Positions 24,485 to 32,000 of a stretch of DNA of 32,000 bases are shown piece by piece. The DNA is taken from the NCBI RefSeq assembly GCF_900079115.1, contig NZ_LT549890.1, positions 180,001 through 212,000 on the forward strand. Direction: 5' to 3'. Position 1 is the stretch's first letter. Every line of letters starts with the position of its first letter. Origin of the DNA: Saccharolobus solfataricus. Its GTDB lineage: Archaea; Thermoproteota; Thermoprotei_A; Sulfolobales; Sulfolobaceae. The notes below the pieces were generated by a model. It made no database searches. It saw only the letters and a list, made by a program, of their open reading frames with translations, and was not told the origin of the DNA. A program made the translations under genes and the position numbers.

Positions 24485-26233
24485 TCACATCTGTTGGAAG
24501 GATTTGTAAGTGTTCTTATAGATCTCGGAATTCTCTAAGGTTGAAGCAATACGTTTATACTTTATAGCATCGCCCAATGAGTTCTCTCCATGTTCCTTAG
24601 TCCATTTATCAAGGGGTATTTGATATTCTCTTAATACTTTATCTCTATACAAATCGTTTAATACATTATAGGTACAGAATGGAATTACTCTACCATCCGG
24701 AACAACATAGTGAATATCACATCTCATCACTCTTTGTACATCGTAATTATATAAGTCCATGAAGTGCATACTTCCTAAGAATAATGTTCTATAGTGCCAC
24801 TCTCCAAGTGCTTCGTAGTTATGATGAATTATTATGTTATAGAGCATCTTATATACATCAAAGTCCTTAGGTCCTTGCTCTTTATCTATGAACTTCCTTA
24901 TACTATACAATACTTTACTTGCAACCCATACCTTATTAGCGCCTTCCCTTAACTCTTCTTCTTTCTCTTTAAGATATTCTAGCAAACCTTCTAAATCAAT
25001 AAACTTCGAAATTGGTATGAAGTGAGGTTCGTGATTCCTCCATTCTACATATACATATGTTCCAGCTCCACAAGAAGGATGATTAGCCATTTCGAATTGC
25101 TCCTTACCAGTTAAAGCTTCAACTAGCCTTGAGAAGACAACAGAAGTACCTATTGGATACCAACTATCCTTAGTTATCTCACCATCAGTTTGTTCTTCTA
25201 TGTTCTTTATAACTTCGGGTATCGTGATTCTGAATTTAGCTCTCATATTCCTTTTCATCATTCCGGTTAAGCTCACTGGCTGGAAGTTTACTGATCTAAC
25301 TACATCCATATTATATGCTGCAAACTTAACTATATTCCCTAGATCATTGTCATTAACTGTCTTTATTACAGTAGGAACTAGCACAACACTTGTCATTCCT
25401 GCTCTTCTGAATACTTCTAACGTGTAGGGAATTTCCCAATGATTCTTAGGATTAGTTTTTCTAGTTGTACCGTCAAAACTCATGTATACAGTATTTACTC
25501 CAGCCTCTCTAAGAGCTCTAGCGTATTTAATTGCCTTATCGGGATCTTCTAAATACAGTTTAGCAAAAGTGCCTCCCCAACTATTTAATTGAATATGTTT
25601 TACACCATTTTCTCTAAGCATCTTTATTATTTCTATTATGTCCTCCCTTAATGTAGGCTCTCCTCCAGTCACTTGGATAACAAGCGTAATATCTTGTTTC
25701 TTTAGTTGATCTACCATAAACTTAATTTGCTCTAACGTAGGTTCATAAACATATCCTGCCTTTTCAGCATAGAAGAAACAATACCAACAAGATAAGTCAC
25801 ATCTATTTGTTATCACTAAATTAACTAATGCTGAGTGTTGATGATGCATCGGGCATAATCCACAGTTATAAGGGCAGGGAGATTTCAAGTCAACATAGGG
25901 GACTTTAGGTCCTTTTCCTTCATACTCCCAATAGTCAAACTTATAGTATAGACTAGAATCTGCGTAATATAAGTCCTCAAATTCTCCGTGTTCTGGGCAT
26001 ATTTTTCTTATGAACAATTTCCCTTCTTTTTCAAATATAGTAGCTGGTAATAGCCTATAGCATGCTGGACATAGTGAATGAGTTACTCTAACTAATTTCT
26101 CATCTTTAGCTAATGTTGGTAAGGGTCCTCCTATATTAATTTCTTTATCTCCAAATTTGACTACTCCTTCCTCGAAACTTGACGGTGCAGGCAAAAGTCT
26201 GGAATGCCTTTCAGTATTTACTATCTGAGCCAT
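24485..26233 (-). CDS. radical SAM enzyme with N-terminal Cys-rich domains; candidate tetraether lipid synthase (Tes / GDGT-MAS, MJ0619 family)
   Basis: 582 aa. It has the CxxxCxxC radical SAM motif ([12 protein letters not shown]), an N-terminal SLCPACY...CPEHG rubredoxin-like site and a [14 protein letters not shown] auxiliary-cluster motif. The architecture matches my recollection of the MJ0619/Tes family. The radical SAM call is firm; the specific function is inferred. Confidence 0.8.
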   Translation of the reverse strand: MAQIVNTERHSRLLPAPSSFEEGVVKFGDKEINIGGPLPTLAKDEKLVRVTHSLCPACYRLLPATIFEKEGKLFIRKICPEHGEFEDLYYADSSLYYKFDYWEYEGKGPKVPYVDLKSPCPYNCGLCPMHHQHSALVNLVITNRCDLSCWYCFFYAEKAGYVYEPTLEQIKFMVDQLKKQDITLVIQVTGGEPTLREDIIEIIKMLRENGVKHIQLNSWGGTFAKLYLEDPDKAIKYARALREAGVNTVYMSFDGTTRKTNPKNHWEIPYTLEVFRRAGMTSVVLVPTVIKTVNDNDLGNIVKFAAYNMDVVRSVNFQPVSLTGMMKRNMRAKFRITIPEVIKNIEEQTDGEITKDSWYPIGTSVVFSRLVEALTGKEQFEMANHPSCGAGTYVYVEWRNHEPHFIPISKFIDLEGLLEYLKEKEEELREGANKVWVASKVLYSIRKFIDKEQGPKDFDVYKMLYNIIIHHNYEALGEWHYRTLFLGSMHFMDLYNYDVQRVMRCDIHYVVPDGRVIPFCTYNVLNDLYRDKVLREYQIPLDKWTKEHGENSLGDAIKYKRIASTLENSEIYKNTYKSFQQM

Positions 26234-26252
26234 TGAAAGTAAGATTTGCGAT

Positions 26253-26266
26253 CTTTATATATAAAG
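26253..26266 (-). promoter_or_regulatory. perfect 14-nt palindrome CTTTATATATAAAG, candidate TATA box of the radical SAM gene
   Basis: The centre lies ~26 nt upstream of ATG 26233 and no SD is visible, consistent with a leaderless Sulfolobus-type promoter. Confidence 0.45.
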
Positions 26267-26294
26267 ATATTCTCTTTGACTTACATACATTCAG

Positions 26295-27266
26295 TTAATA
26301 CCAACCGATGAAATTATCCCATCCAGTATTTTTAATCACGGTATTTTTATATGTTATTAATCTATTTTCATGAATAACTTGTCCGATAATTAATGGATTA
26401 AACGCTAGATATTGAAGTTCAGCTAGCATTTCCTTCACTGGGGAATTTTTGTCTATAATAAGTAAAGGCAAAAACTCTTCTCCAGCGTATTTTAAAATAT
26501 CGAGTTCAGTTAAATTTAAGCGAAGCTTTAACGAGTTGAAGACATTTTTATCTATTGGAATTTCGGTAATATTTATCCCTAAGTTGAAATTATCAACTAT
26601 TTTATATAAAGATACCATAAGACCGTCACTAATATCAGTAGAATATTTAATGAACTTGCAGTATTTTTTCATAAAAAATAGTAATGACTTTTTAACGATA
26701 GGATGTTTTACTTTAAGTAACGATTCTGGCAAGATTTGTATATTAAAATTGTTTATATAAGAAATAAAAACATTAGTGGTATAACCAATATAGTCACCAA
26801 TTACTAAAAGATCACCATCATCAATAACTTTATCACTAATATCACATAAAACTTCTCCTTCTACAAAAACATCAACCCAGCCATTAGAATCGGAATCATT
26901 TAAATCTCCTCCTACATACCTTCCTCCATAATAATGAATAGCATCAGATATACCGCCAATAAGTTCCTCTGCTTTATTCACATCGAAATCAGGAGGTAAG
27001 CCCAATGAAATTAAATAGAATTCAGGTTTAACTCCCTTCGCTATAATGTCACTGGTAGAGGCTGAAATTGCCTTCCATCCAATATCGTAGAGTGACATAA
27101 ATGGAAAAGCGTACGACAGCTTAAATCCATCCACCTTATATCCTCTTTTTTCATTGATGAATACATCATCTAATAATTTAATGTCCATATAATTCTTAAT
27201 ATATCTCTTAATAAACTCGTGCTCGCCTATGTTTTTTAGTTTCACAAAATACAAGTTACTTATCAA
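26295..27266 (-). CDS. thiL: thiamine-monophosphate kinase (AIR synthase-related, ThiL-like)
   Basis: The motifs IGEHEFIKRY (compare GEFxLI), ...GGDLN..., ...STDISDGL... and ...AGEEFLPLLII (compare GGEDYELLF) follow the ThiL pattern. The track start is TTG 27266; GTG 27245 is an alternative. Confidence 0.7.
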   Translation of the reverse strand: MISNLYFVKLKNIGEHEFIKRYIKNYMDIKLLDDVFINEKRGYKVDGFKLSYAFPFMSLYDIGWKAISASTSDIIAKGVKPEFYLISLGLPPDFDVNKAEELIGGISDAIHYYGGRYVGGDLNDSDSNGWVDVFVEGEVLCDISDKVIDDGDLLVIGDYIGYTTNVFISYINNFNIQILPESLLKVKHPIVKKSLLFFMKKYCKFIKYSTDISDGLMVSLYKIVDNFNLGINITEIPIDKNVFNSLKLRLNLTELDILKYAGEEFLPLLIIDKNSPVKEMLAELQYLAFNPLIIGQVIHENRLITYKNTVIKNTGWDNFIGWY

Positions 27267-27302
27267 AGTCTTAATTTATTTCCCATAAATAATTAGATTC
27301 CA

Positions 27303-27391
<89 letters not shown>

Positions 27392-27415
27392 TCATTTTAC
27401 TATATATTCAATGGA

Positions 27416-27425
27416 TTATTTAAAG
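27416..27425 (-). promoter_or_regulatory. candidate TATA box (CTTTAAATAA on minus strand) for tRNA-Thr
   Basis: The centre lies ~30 nt upstream of the mature tRNA 5' end at 27390. Confidence 0.4.
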
Positions 27426-27445
27426 CTTAAAATGCGAACCTTATA

Positions 27446-28819
27446 TCATCTATCTTGAGCTTCTCGTATTTCTGAACCTTTGATTACGCCTTTTGCATAG
27501 CTAATAGCTCTCTCTATTAATTTATCATAGGAACCCAAGTAGTTTTTAGGATTAAGTACGTTCTCAAGTTCTTGCTTAGAGAAATAACTTAAAATTAAAC
27601 TATCCTCTAGGCAAACCTCTAATAACGTTTTTCCAGTTTGTCTTACTTTTGACGTCAGTTTGTTAACGTATTGATGAGCTTCATGCCTTTTCATGCCCTT
27701 TAAGGTTAAGTTTATCATCAGACTTTCTGCCATTATTTGTCCTTTAGTTAAGTTCAAATTCTTTTCAATATTCTCGAAGTTAACCCTTAAATTCCTCAAA
27801 AGACTTATCATACTATCTAATATTTCGTCAATAACTAGAAATTCATGTGATATTATTATCCTCTCTGACGAACTGTTAGTCAGATCTCTTTCGTGCCATA
27901 ATGGAATATTTTCTAGTGACGCTACGACAAGAGAGCGTAAAACTTTTGCTAAACCCCCAATCTTTTCTGACGTGACTGGATTTTCCTTCTGAGGCATAGT
28001 ACTACTTCCTACACGACCTTCTACGCCTTCACTTATTTCATTTATTTCCGGTCTCATTAGTTCCCTAACTTCTAATGCGAATCGATCACATTGAGATGCC
28101 AAAATTGCAAGATCAGAAGTTAATTCTGCAAATGCGTCTCGTGGAGCAACTTGAGTTGAAATCTCATGAGGTCTTAATCCTAAAAATTTCATAACATTCT
28201 CTTCTATTTCTAACCCTATATTGCCCCAAGCTGCCATCGTGCCAACTGCACCTGCCATTTTACCTTTTACTATTCTTTTCTCAACCTCATTTAACCTCTC
28301 TAGTGATCTAGAAAATTCATAGATATAATTTGCAATTTTAAAGCCTAATGTTATAGGCAATGCATGCTGCCCATGAGTTCTTCCTACCATTGCTAAATCT
28401 TTATACTTAATTGCTAAACTAACCATCATTTCCAATATTTCTACTACTTTTGTCTTTACTAATCTTATTGCGTCTCTAAATACTAACGCATAAGCTGTAT
28501 CTACAATATCATAACTTGTTGCCCCAAAATGAACGTATCTTCCAGAATCTCCACTTCTTTCTGCCATTAAGACTACCATAGCCATTACATCATGACCAAT
28601 TTTTGATTCAAGTTCATCTACTTCCTCTGGTCTTATTGTTAATGAAGCTTTCTCAACTTTTTGAACGTCTTCCTCTTTTACTAAACCATATTTGGTTAAT
28701 GCTTTTAATAACGCTATTTCTACTTGAATTCTCCTTTTCAAGATTTCTTCTCTACTGAAAAACTTTCTCATCTCATTACTACCGTATCTCCATTCTAAAG
28801 GACATATACTATCCTCCAT
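27446..28819 (-). CDS. purB: adenylosuccinate lyase
   Basis: From ATG 28819: [21 protein letters not shown]... It has the fumarate-lyase signature [11 protein letters not shown]. The track start at 28870 is an upstream GTG extension. Confidence 0.93.
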   Translation of the reverse strand: MEDSICPLEWRYGSNEMRKFFSREEILKRRIQVEIALLKALTKYGLVKEEDVQKVEKASLTIRPEEVDELESKIGHDVMAMVVLMAERSGDSGRYVHFGATSYDIVDTAYALVFRDAIRLVKTKVVEILEMMVSLAIKYKDLAMVGRTHGQHALPITLGFKIANYIYEFSRSLERLNEVEKRIVKGKMAGAVGTMAAWGNIGLEIEENVMKFLGLRPHEISTQVAPRDAFAELTSDLAILASQCDRFALEVRELMRPEINEISEGVEGRVGSSTMPQKENPVTSEKIGGLAKVLRSLVVASLENIPLWHERDLTNSSSERIIISHEFLVIDEILDSMISLLRNLRVNFENIEKNLNLTKGQIMAESLMINLTLKGMKRHEAHQYVNKLTSKVRQTGKTLLEVCLEDSLILSYFSKQELENVLNPKNYLGSYDKLIERAISYAKGVIKGSEIREAQDR

Positions 28820-28844
28820 GGCTAATTGTAAAGTATGTTCAACA

Positions 28845-28852
28845 TTTATTAA
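28845..28852. promoter_or_regulatory. single A/T element TTTATTAA, candidate shared TATA box for divergent purB and purP
   Basis: The spacer between ATG 28819 (minus) and ATG 28875 (plus) is 55 bp. The element centre is ~29 nt from one ATG and ~26 nt from the other. No SD is visible for either gene. Confidence 0.4.
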
Positions 28853-28874
28853 CTTATACTGTAATCTCACAACA

Positions 28875-29888
28875 ATGATAATCGCAACAATCGGTAGTCA
28901 TTCTGCATTACAGATCTTACATGGAGCCAAGAAGGAAGGTTTTCAAACTATGGTAATAACTGATAATAAAAGAGAAAATTTCTACAAAAATTTTAGTTTT
29001 ATTGATAACATTTATGCATATGCTAGCCTAGATGAAGCAGTATCTATAATTAATGGTATTAAGGATTATGGTATATTAATCCCACATGGAAGTTTAGTAG
29101 AATACCTAGGCAAGGAAAGAGTAGATAAAATTGAGACAAAAATTTTTGGAAACAAGAAAATATTCGAGTGGGAAGCAGATCAGAAAAAGAAAATGGAACT
29201 ACTTAGAAAGTCAAACATAAAGATTCCAGAGATATTTGAAAGACCAGAAGATGTGGATAGATTAGTAATCGTAAAGCTTAACGGAGCTAAAGGGGGTAAG
29301 GGATACTTCCTAGCTAGGAATAAAAGTGAAGTAAAAGAAGGAATTCAAAAGCTCATTGAGAGTAAAATGATAAGAGACGAAAATGAAGTAATAATCCAAG
29401 AGTATGTCGTAGGAGTTCCGATGTATTTTCAATTTTTCTATAGTGACATTATAAATAGAACAGAAATCTTCGGAATAGATATAAGATACGAAACTAACAT
29501 AGATGGACTTAGAAGGCTTCCTTTTGAGTATATGAAAGAACTTAAGATAAACCCTACGTTTGTAGTTGTTGGCAATATTCCAGCTGTAGCTAGAGAGAGC
29601 TTACTACCAGTTGCTTTAGAGTACGCTAATAACTTCGTTAGAACTACTAAGGAATTAGTACCTCCAGGGATGATAGGACCATTTTGTTTAGAGTCAATAA
29701 TAACTGATAATTCAGATATAGTTGTTTTCGAGTTCTCTGGAAGAATAGTTGCTGGAACTAACTTATACGTAAATGGGAGTCCATATAGTTGGCTTTACTG
29801 GGATGAGCCCATGAGTATAGGAAGAAGGATCGCAAGAGAAATCAGAGTCGCAAACGAAAAAGATAAGTTAAGCCTCGTGGTGAGCTAA
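28875..29888 (+). CDS. purP: 5-formaminoimidazole-4-carboxamide ribonucleotide (FAICAR) synthetase, PurP family (ATP-grasp), copy 1
   Basis: From ATG 28875: [23 protein letters not shown]..., the characteristic PurP N-terminus. It also has ...[15 protein letters not shown]...[11 protein letters not shown]... Confidence 0.85.
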   Translation: MIIATIGSHSALQILHGAKKEGFQTMVITDNKRENFYKNFSFIDNIYAYASLDEAVSIINGIKDYGILIPHGSLVEYLGKERVDKIETKIFGNKKIFEWEADQKKKMELLRKSNIKIPEIFERPEDVDRLVIVKLNGAKGGKGYFLARNKSEVKEGIQKLIESKMIRDENEVIIQEYVVGVPMYFQFFYSDIINRTEIFGIDIRYETNIDGLRRLPFEYMKELKINPTFVVVGNIPAVARESLLPVALEYANNFVRTTKELVPPGMIGPFCLESIITDNSDIVVFEFSGRIVAGTNLYVNGSPYSWLYWDEPMSIGRRIAREIRVANEKDKLSLVVS

Positions 29889-30938
29889 ATGAATGTTAAG
29901 ATAGCTGCATTAGCTAGTCATTCTGCACTTGACGTCTTCGATGGAGCTAAAGATGAAGGTTTTCAAACAATAGGGCTGTGTAAAAAGGGAAGAGAAAGAC
30001 CTTATTTGGAATTTAAAGCAATCATGGATAAATGCATAATTTTGGAAGATTTCAAAGAAATAATCTCAGATAAGGTACAAAGTATACTACTCAGCGAAAA
30101 TGCCATAATTGTTCCTAATAGGAGCTTAGCGGTTTATGTAGGTTATGATGGAATAGAAAAAATGAAAACGAAAGTCTTCGGCAATAGATATATGTTACGA
30201 TGGGAAGAAAGGATAGGTGAGAAAAATTATTATAAAATACTAAATGAGGCGAAGATCTCTATACCCAAATTATTCAAACCAGAAGAGATTGATAGACCAG
30301 TAATAGTTAAACTACCTGAGGCCAAAAGGAAAGTTGAGAGAGGATTCTTTTTCGCTGTAAACAAGGAAGATTTCGAAGCTAAACTCAACGAATTATTGAG
30401 AAATAACGTAATAGATAATGAAGGTTTAAAAAATATGGTAATAGAGGAATTTGTGTTTGGAGCTCACTTTAATCTTAACTACTTCTACAGCCCAATATTT
30501 AATAGATTAGAATTAATAAGCGTGGATAGAAGAATTCAAAGTGACTGGGATAGCTTATATAGATTGCCTGCTGACATTCAAATAAAATTAGGTAGGATAC
30601 CAAAACTAATAGAGGTTGGCCATGAGCCAGTAACAATAAGAGAAAGCTTGTTGGAAAAAGTCTTTGAGATAGGATATAGGTTTGTAGACGCCACACAAAA
30701 ACTTGAGCCCCCTGGGATAATAGGACCCTTTACTCTACAAGTTATGGTGACCCCAGATTTGGATCTTGTCGTATACGATGTTGCCCCAAGAATTGGAGGT
30801 GGTACAAATGTATATATGGGAACTGGGAGTCAATACTCTAAATTTTACTTCGGAAAGCCAATAAGTTTAGGAAGAAGAATAGCATTAGAGATAAAGCATG
30901 CTATAATAAATAATCTTACCGAAAAAATACTAACTTAA
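29889..30938 (+). CDS. PurP-family paralogue, copy 2 (function not assignable from sequence)
   Basis: 349 aa; [27 protein letters not shown]..., ...[15 protein letters not shown]... and [11 protein letters not shown] are collinear with copy 1 but strongly diverged. It starts at the nucleotide after the copy 1 stop. Confidence 0.8.
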   Translation: MNVKIAALASHSALDVFDGAKDEGFQTIGLCKKGRERPYLEFKAIMDKCIILEDFKEIISDKVQSILLSENAIIVPNRSLAVYVGYDGIEKMKTKVFGNRYMLRWEERIGEKNYYKILNEAKISIPKLFKPEEIDRPVIVKLPEAKRKVERGFFFAVNKEDFEAKLNELLRNNVIDNEGLKNMVIEEFVFGAHFNLNYFYSPIFNRLELISVDRRIQSDWDSLYRLPADIQIKLGRIPKLIEVGHEPVTIRESLLEKVFEIGYRFVDATQKLEPPGIIGPFTLQVMVTPDLDLVVYDVAPRIGGGTNVYMGTGSQYSKFYFGKPISLGRRIALEIKHAIINNLTEKILT

Positions 30939-30940
30939 TA

Positions 30941-31005
30941 TGTCATTATGATTTTTACGTTAATTAAGAAGATGTTATCGAAGTATCTAGGTTTCTATAA
31001 TGACA
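30941..31005. repeat. 9-nt inverted repeat TGTCATTAT (30941-30949) / ATAATGACA (30997-31005), 47-nt spacer, between purP2 and purA
   Basis: Read directly from the sequence. Confidence 0.5.
30952..30956 (+). terminator. oligo-T tract (TTTTT) 14 nt after the purP2 stop, candidate archaeal intrinsic terminator
   Basis: Archaeal RNAP terminates at T-runs. This is the first T5 after stop 30936-30938. Confidence 0.3.
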
Positions 31006-31062
31006 GATAAGGCATAGATATACTTAAATAAGATAAAGTAGAGGTATACAAAACGGTGTTTA

Positions 31063-32000
31063 ATGCTAGAATTAATTATTGGAGGATTTTTTGGTGATGA
31101 AGGAAAGGGAAAAGTAGCGGCATATTTGGGTATTAAAGATAGACCAAAATTAAGCGTGAGGACGGGATCTATTAATGCCGGGCATACCGTTACATATTCA
31201 GGGAGGATATGGAAGCTAAGGATCATCCCATCTGCATTTATAAATAAATCTACCGAATTAGCTCTAGGTCCTGGGGCGCTCACATCGTTAGACGCCCTAT
31301 TTAAAGAGATGAGGGAAACAGAAACTTATGATAGATTATATATTGATTCTCATGTTGGAATTATAACCGAAGATGAGATAAGAGATGAGAAAAACGACCC
31401 TTATCTTATGAATGTAATTGGAAGCACTGGCCAAGGCGTCGGTTATGCAGAGAGCAAAAGAATATTAAGAAAATTAAAGTTAGCAAAAGATTATAAAGAA
31501 CTTGAAAAGTTTATCATAGATGTTCCTAATAAAATATTGGATTACTTAGATAATGGTCATAATATTCTTATAGAAGGAACGCAAGGACACTATTTAAGTC
31601 TGTACCATGGCGAATATCCATACGTAACTAGTAGAAACACTACTGCATCAGGGGTATTAAGCGAGGCTGGAATAGGACCAAAATATGTGGATCACATAAT
31701 AATTACCTTCAAGAGTTACGTTACCAGAGTAGGAAAAGGTCCACTGGAAGGTGAGTTAACAGAAGAAGATGCAAAAAAACTCGGTTTAACGGAATATGGT
31801 ACCGTAACTGGAAGATTAAGAAGAGTAGCGCCATTTAACGTTAAACTTGCTAGGGAAGCAATCAGAATAAATTCAGCTACAATAGTTGCGATAACTAAAC
31901 TAGACACCTTATTTAAGGACGCATATAGAGTAAGAGAATATGAAAAATTACCTGCTGAGGCTAGGAAGTGGCTAGATGAATTAGAAGAAGAGCTAAAAAC
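31063..32000 (+). CDS. purA: adenylosuccinate synthetase (short archaeal type); 3' end beyond the window
   Basis: Hand translation from ATG 31063: [43 protein letters not shown]...GSTGQGVG...EGTQG...[13 protein letters not shown]...GTVTGRLRR... The frame is open to the window edge. GGTG lies 4-8 nt upstream. It is absent from the ORF track because there is no stop in the window. Confidence 0.9.
   Translation, partial: MLELIIGGFFGDEGKGKVAAYLGIKDRPKLSVRTGSINAGHTVTYSGRIWKLRIIPSAFINKSTELALGPGALTSLDALFKEMRETETYDRLYIDSHVGIITEDEIRDEKNDPYLMNVIGSTGQGVGYAESKRILRKLKLAKDYKELEKFIIDVPNKILDYLDNGHNILIEGTQGHYLSLYHGEYPYVTSRNTTASGVLSEAGIGPKYVDHIIITFKSYVTRVGKGPLEGELTEEDAKKLGLTEYGTVTGRLRRVAPFNVKLAREAIRINSATIVAITKLDTLFKDAYRVREYEKLPAEARKWLDELEEELK

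Noticed and set aside
28818-28874. Upstream extensions of both purP (ATG 28818) and purB (GTG 28870) that would make the two genes overlap head-to-head
   Set aside because: The family N-termini begin at [10 protein letters not shown] (28875) and [13 protein letters not shown] (28819). The extensions are Cys/Leu-rich with no homology logic and would bury both promoters.
30987-31283. 98-aa minus-strand ORF
   Set aside because: It is antisense to the 5' part of purA, whose GDEGKGK/GHTV motifs leave no doubt about the coding strand.

Overview
Core-genome segment of an AT-rich Sulfolobales crenarchaeon. The 167-aa Ard1 acetyltransferase and the unsplit 1124-aa RpoB look like Saccharolobus (Sulfolobus) solfataricus or a close relative, but this is recognition from memory, not a search. 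Minus strand: the archaeal transcription/translation cluster rpoH-rpoB-rpoA1-rpoA2-rpl30e-nusA-rps12, then rps7-tuf(EF-1alpha)-rps10-tRNA-Ser, with an opposite-strand DUF151 nuclease gene between rps12 and rps7. Further left lie tRNA-iMet (intron), tRNA-Asp, a four-gene overlapping operon (ASKHA/DUF1464, Pol-beta NTase, CitG-like, metallophosphoesterase), ard1, coaBC, tRNA-His and a truncated phosphohexomutase. To the right: infB, ndk, rpl24e, then a tightly packed plus-strand run rps28e-upp-gatB-HTH/PRT-pseudo-MBL-Cys-rich. These are followed by a Tes-like radical SAM enzyme, thiL, tRNA-Thr (intron) and purine genes (purB, two tandem purP paralogues, purA running off the right edge). No CRISPR array, IS element, integrase or recognisable defence island is visible; this is mostly housekeeping DNA. 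Best second-look items: (1) the CitG-like + nucleotidyltransferase + ASKHA + phosphoesterase operon, with no visible acceptor protein; (2) the HTH-phosphoribosyltransferase putative regulator coupled to a ligand-less metallo-beta-lactamase fold and a Cys-rich miniprotein, next to nucleotide-metabolism genes; (3) nusA and gatB, whose conserved N-termini lie upstream of any in-frame ATG/GTG/TTG, each with a near-cognate codon 6 nt after a GGTGA Shine-Dalgarno; (4) tandem divergent purP paralogues; (5) very compact bidirectional promoters sharing one A/T element. The ORF track prints M for GTG/TTG starts, so several 5' ends were re-evaluated by hand.
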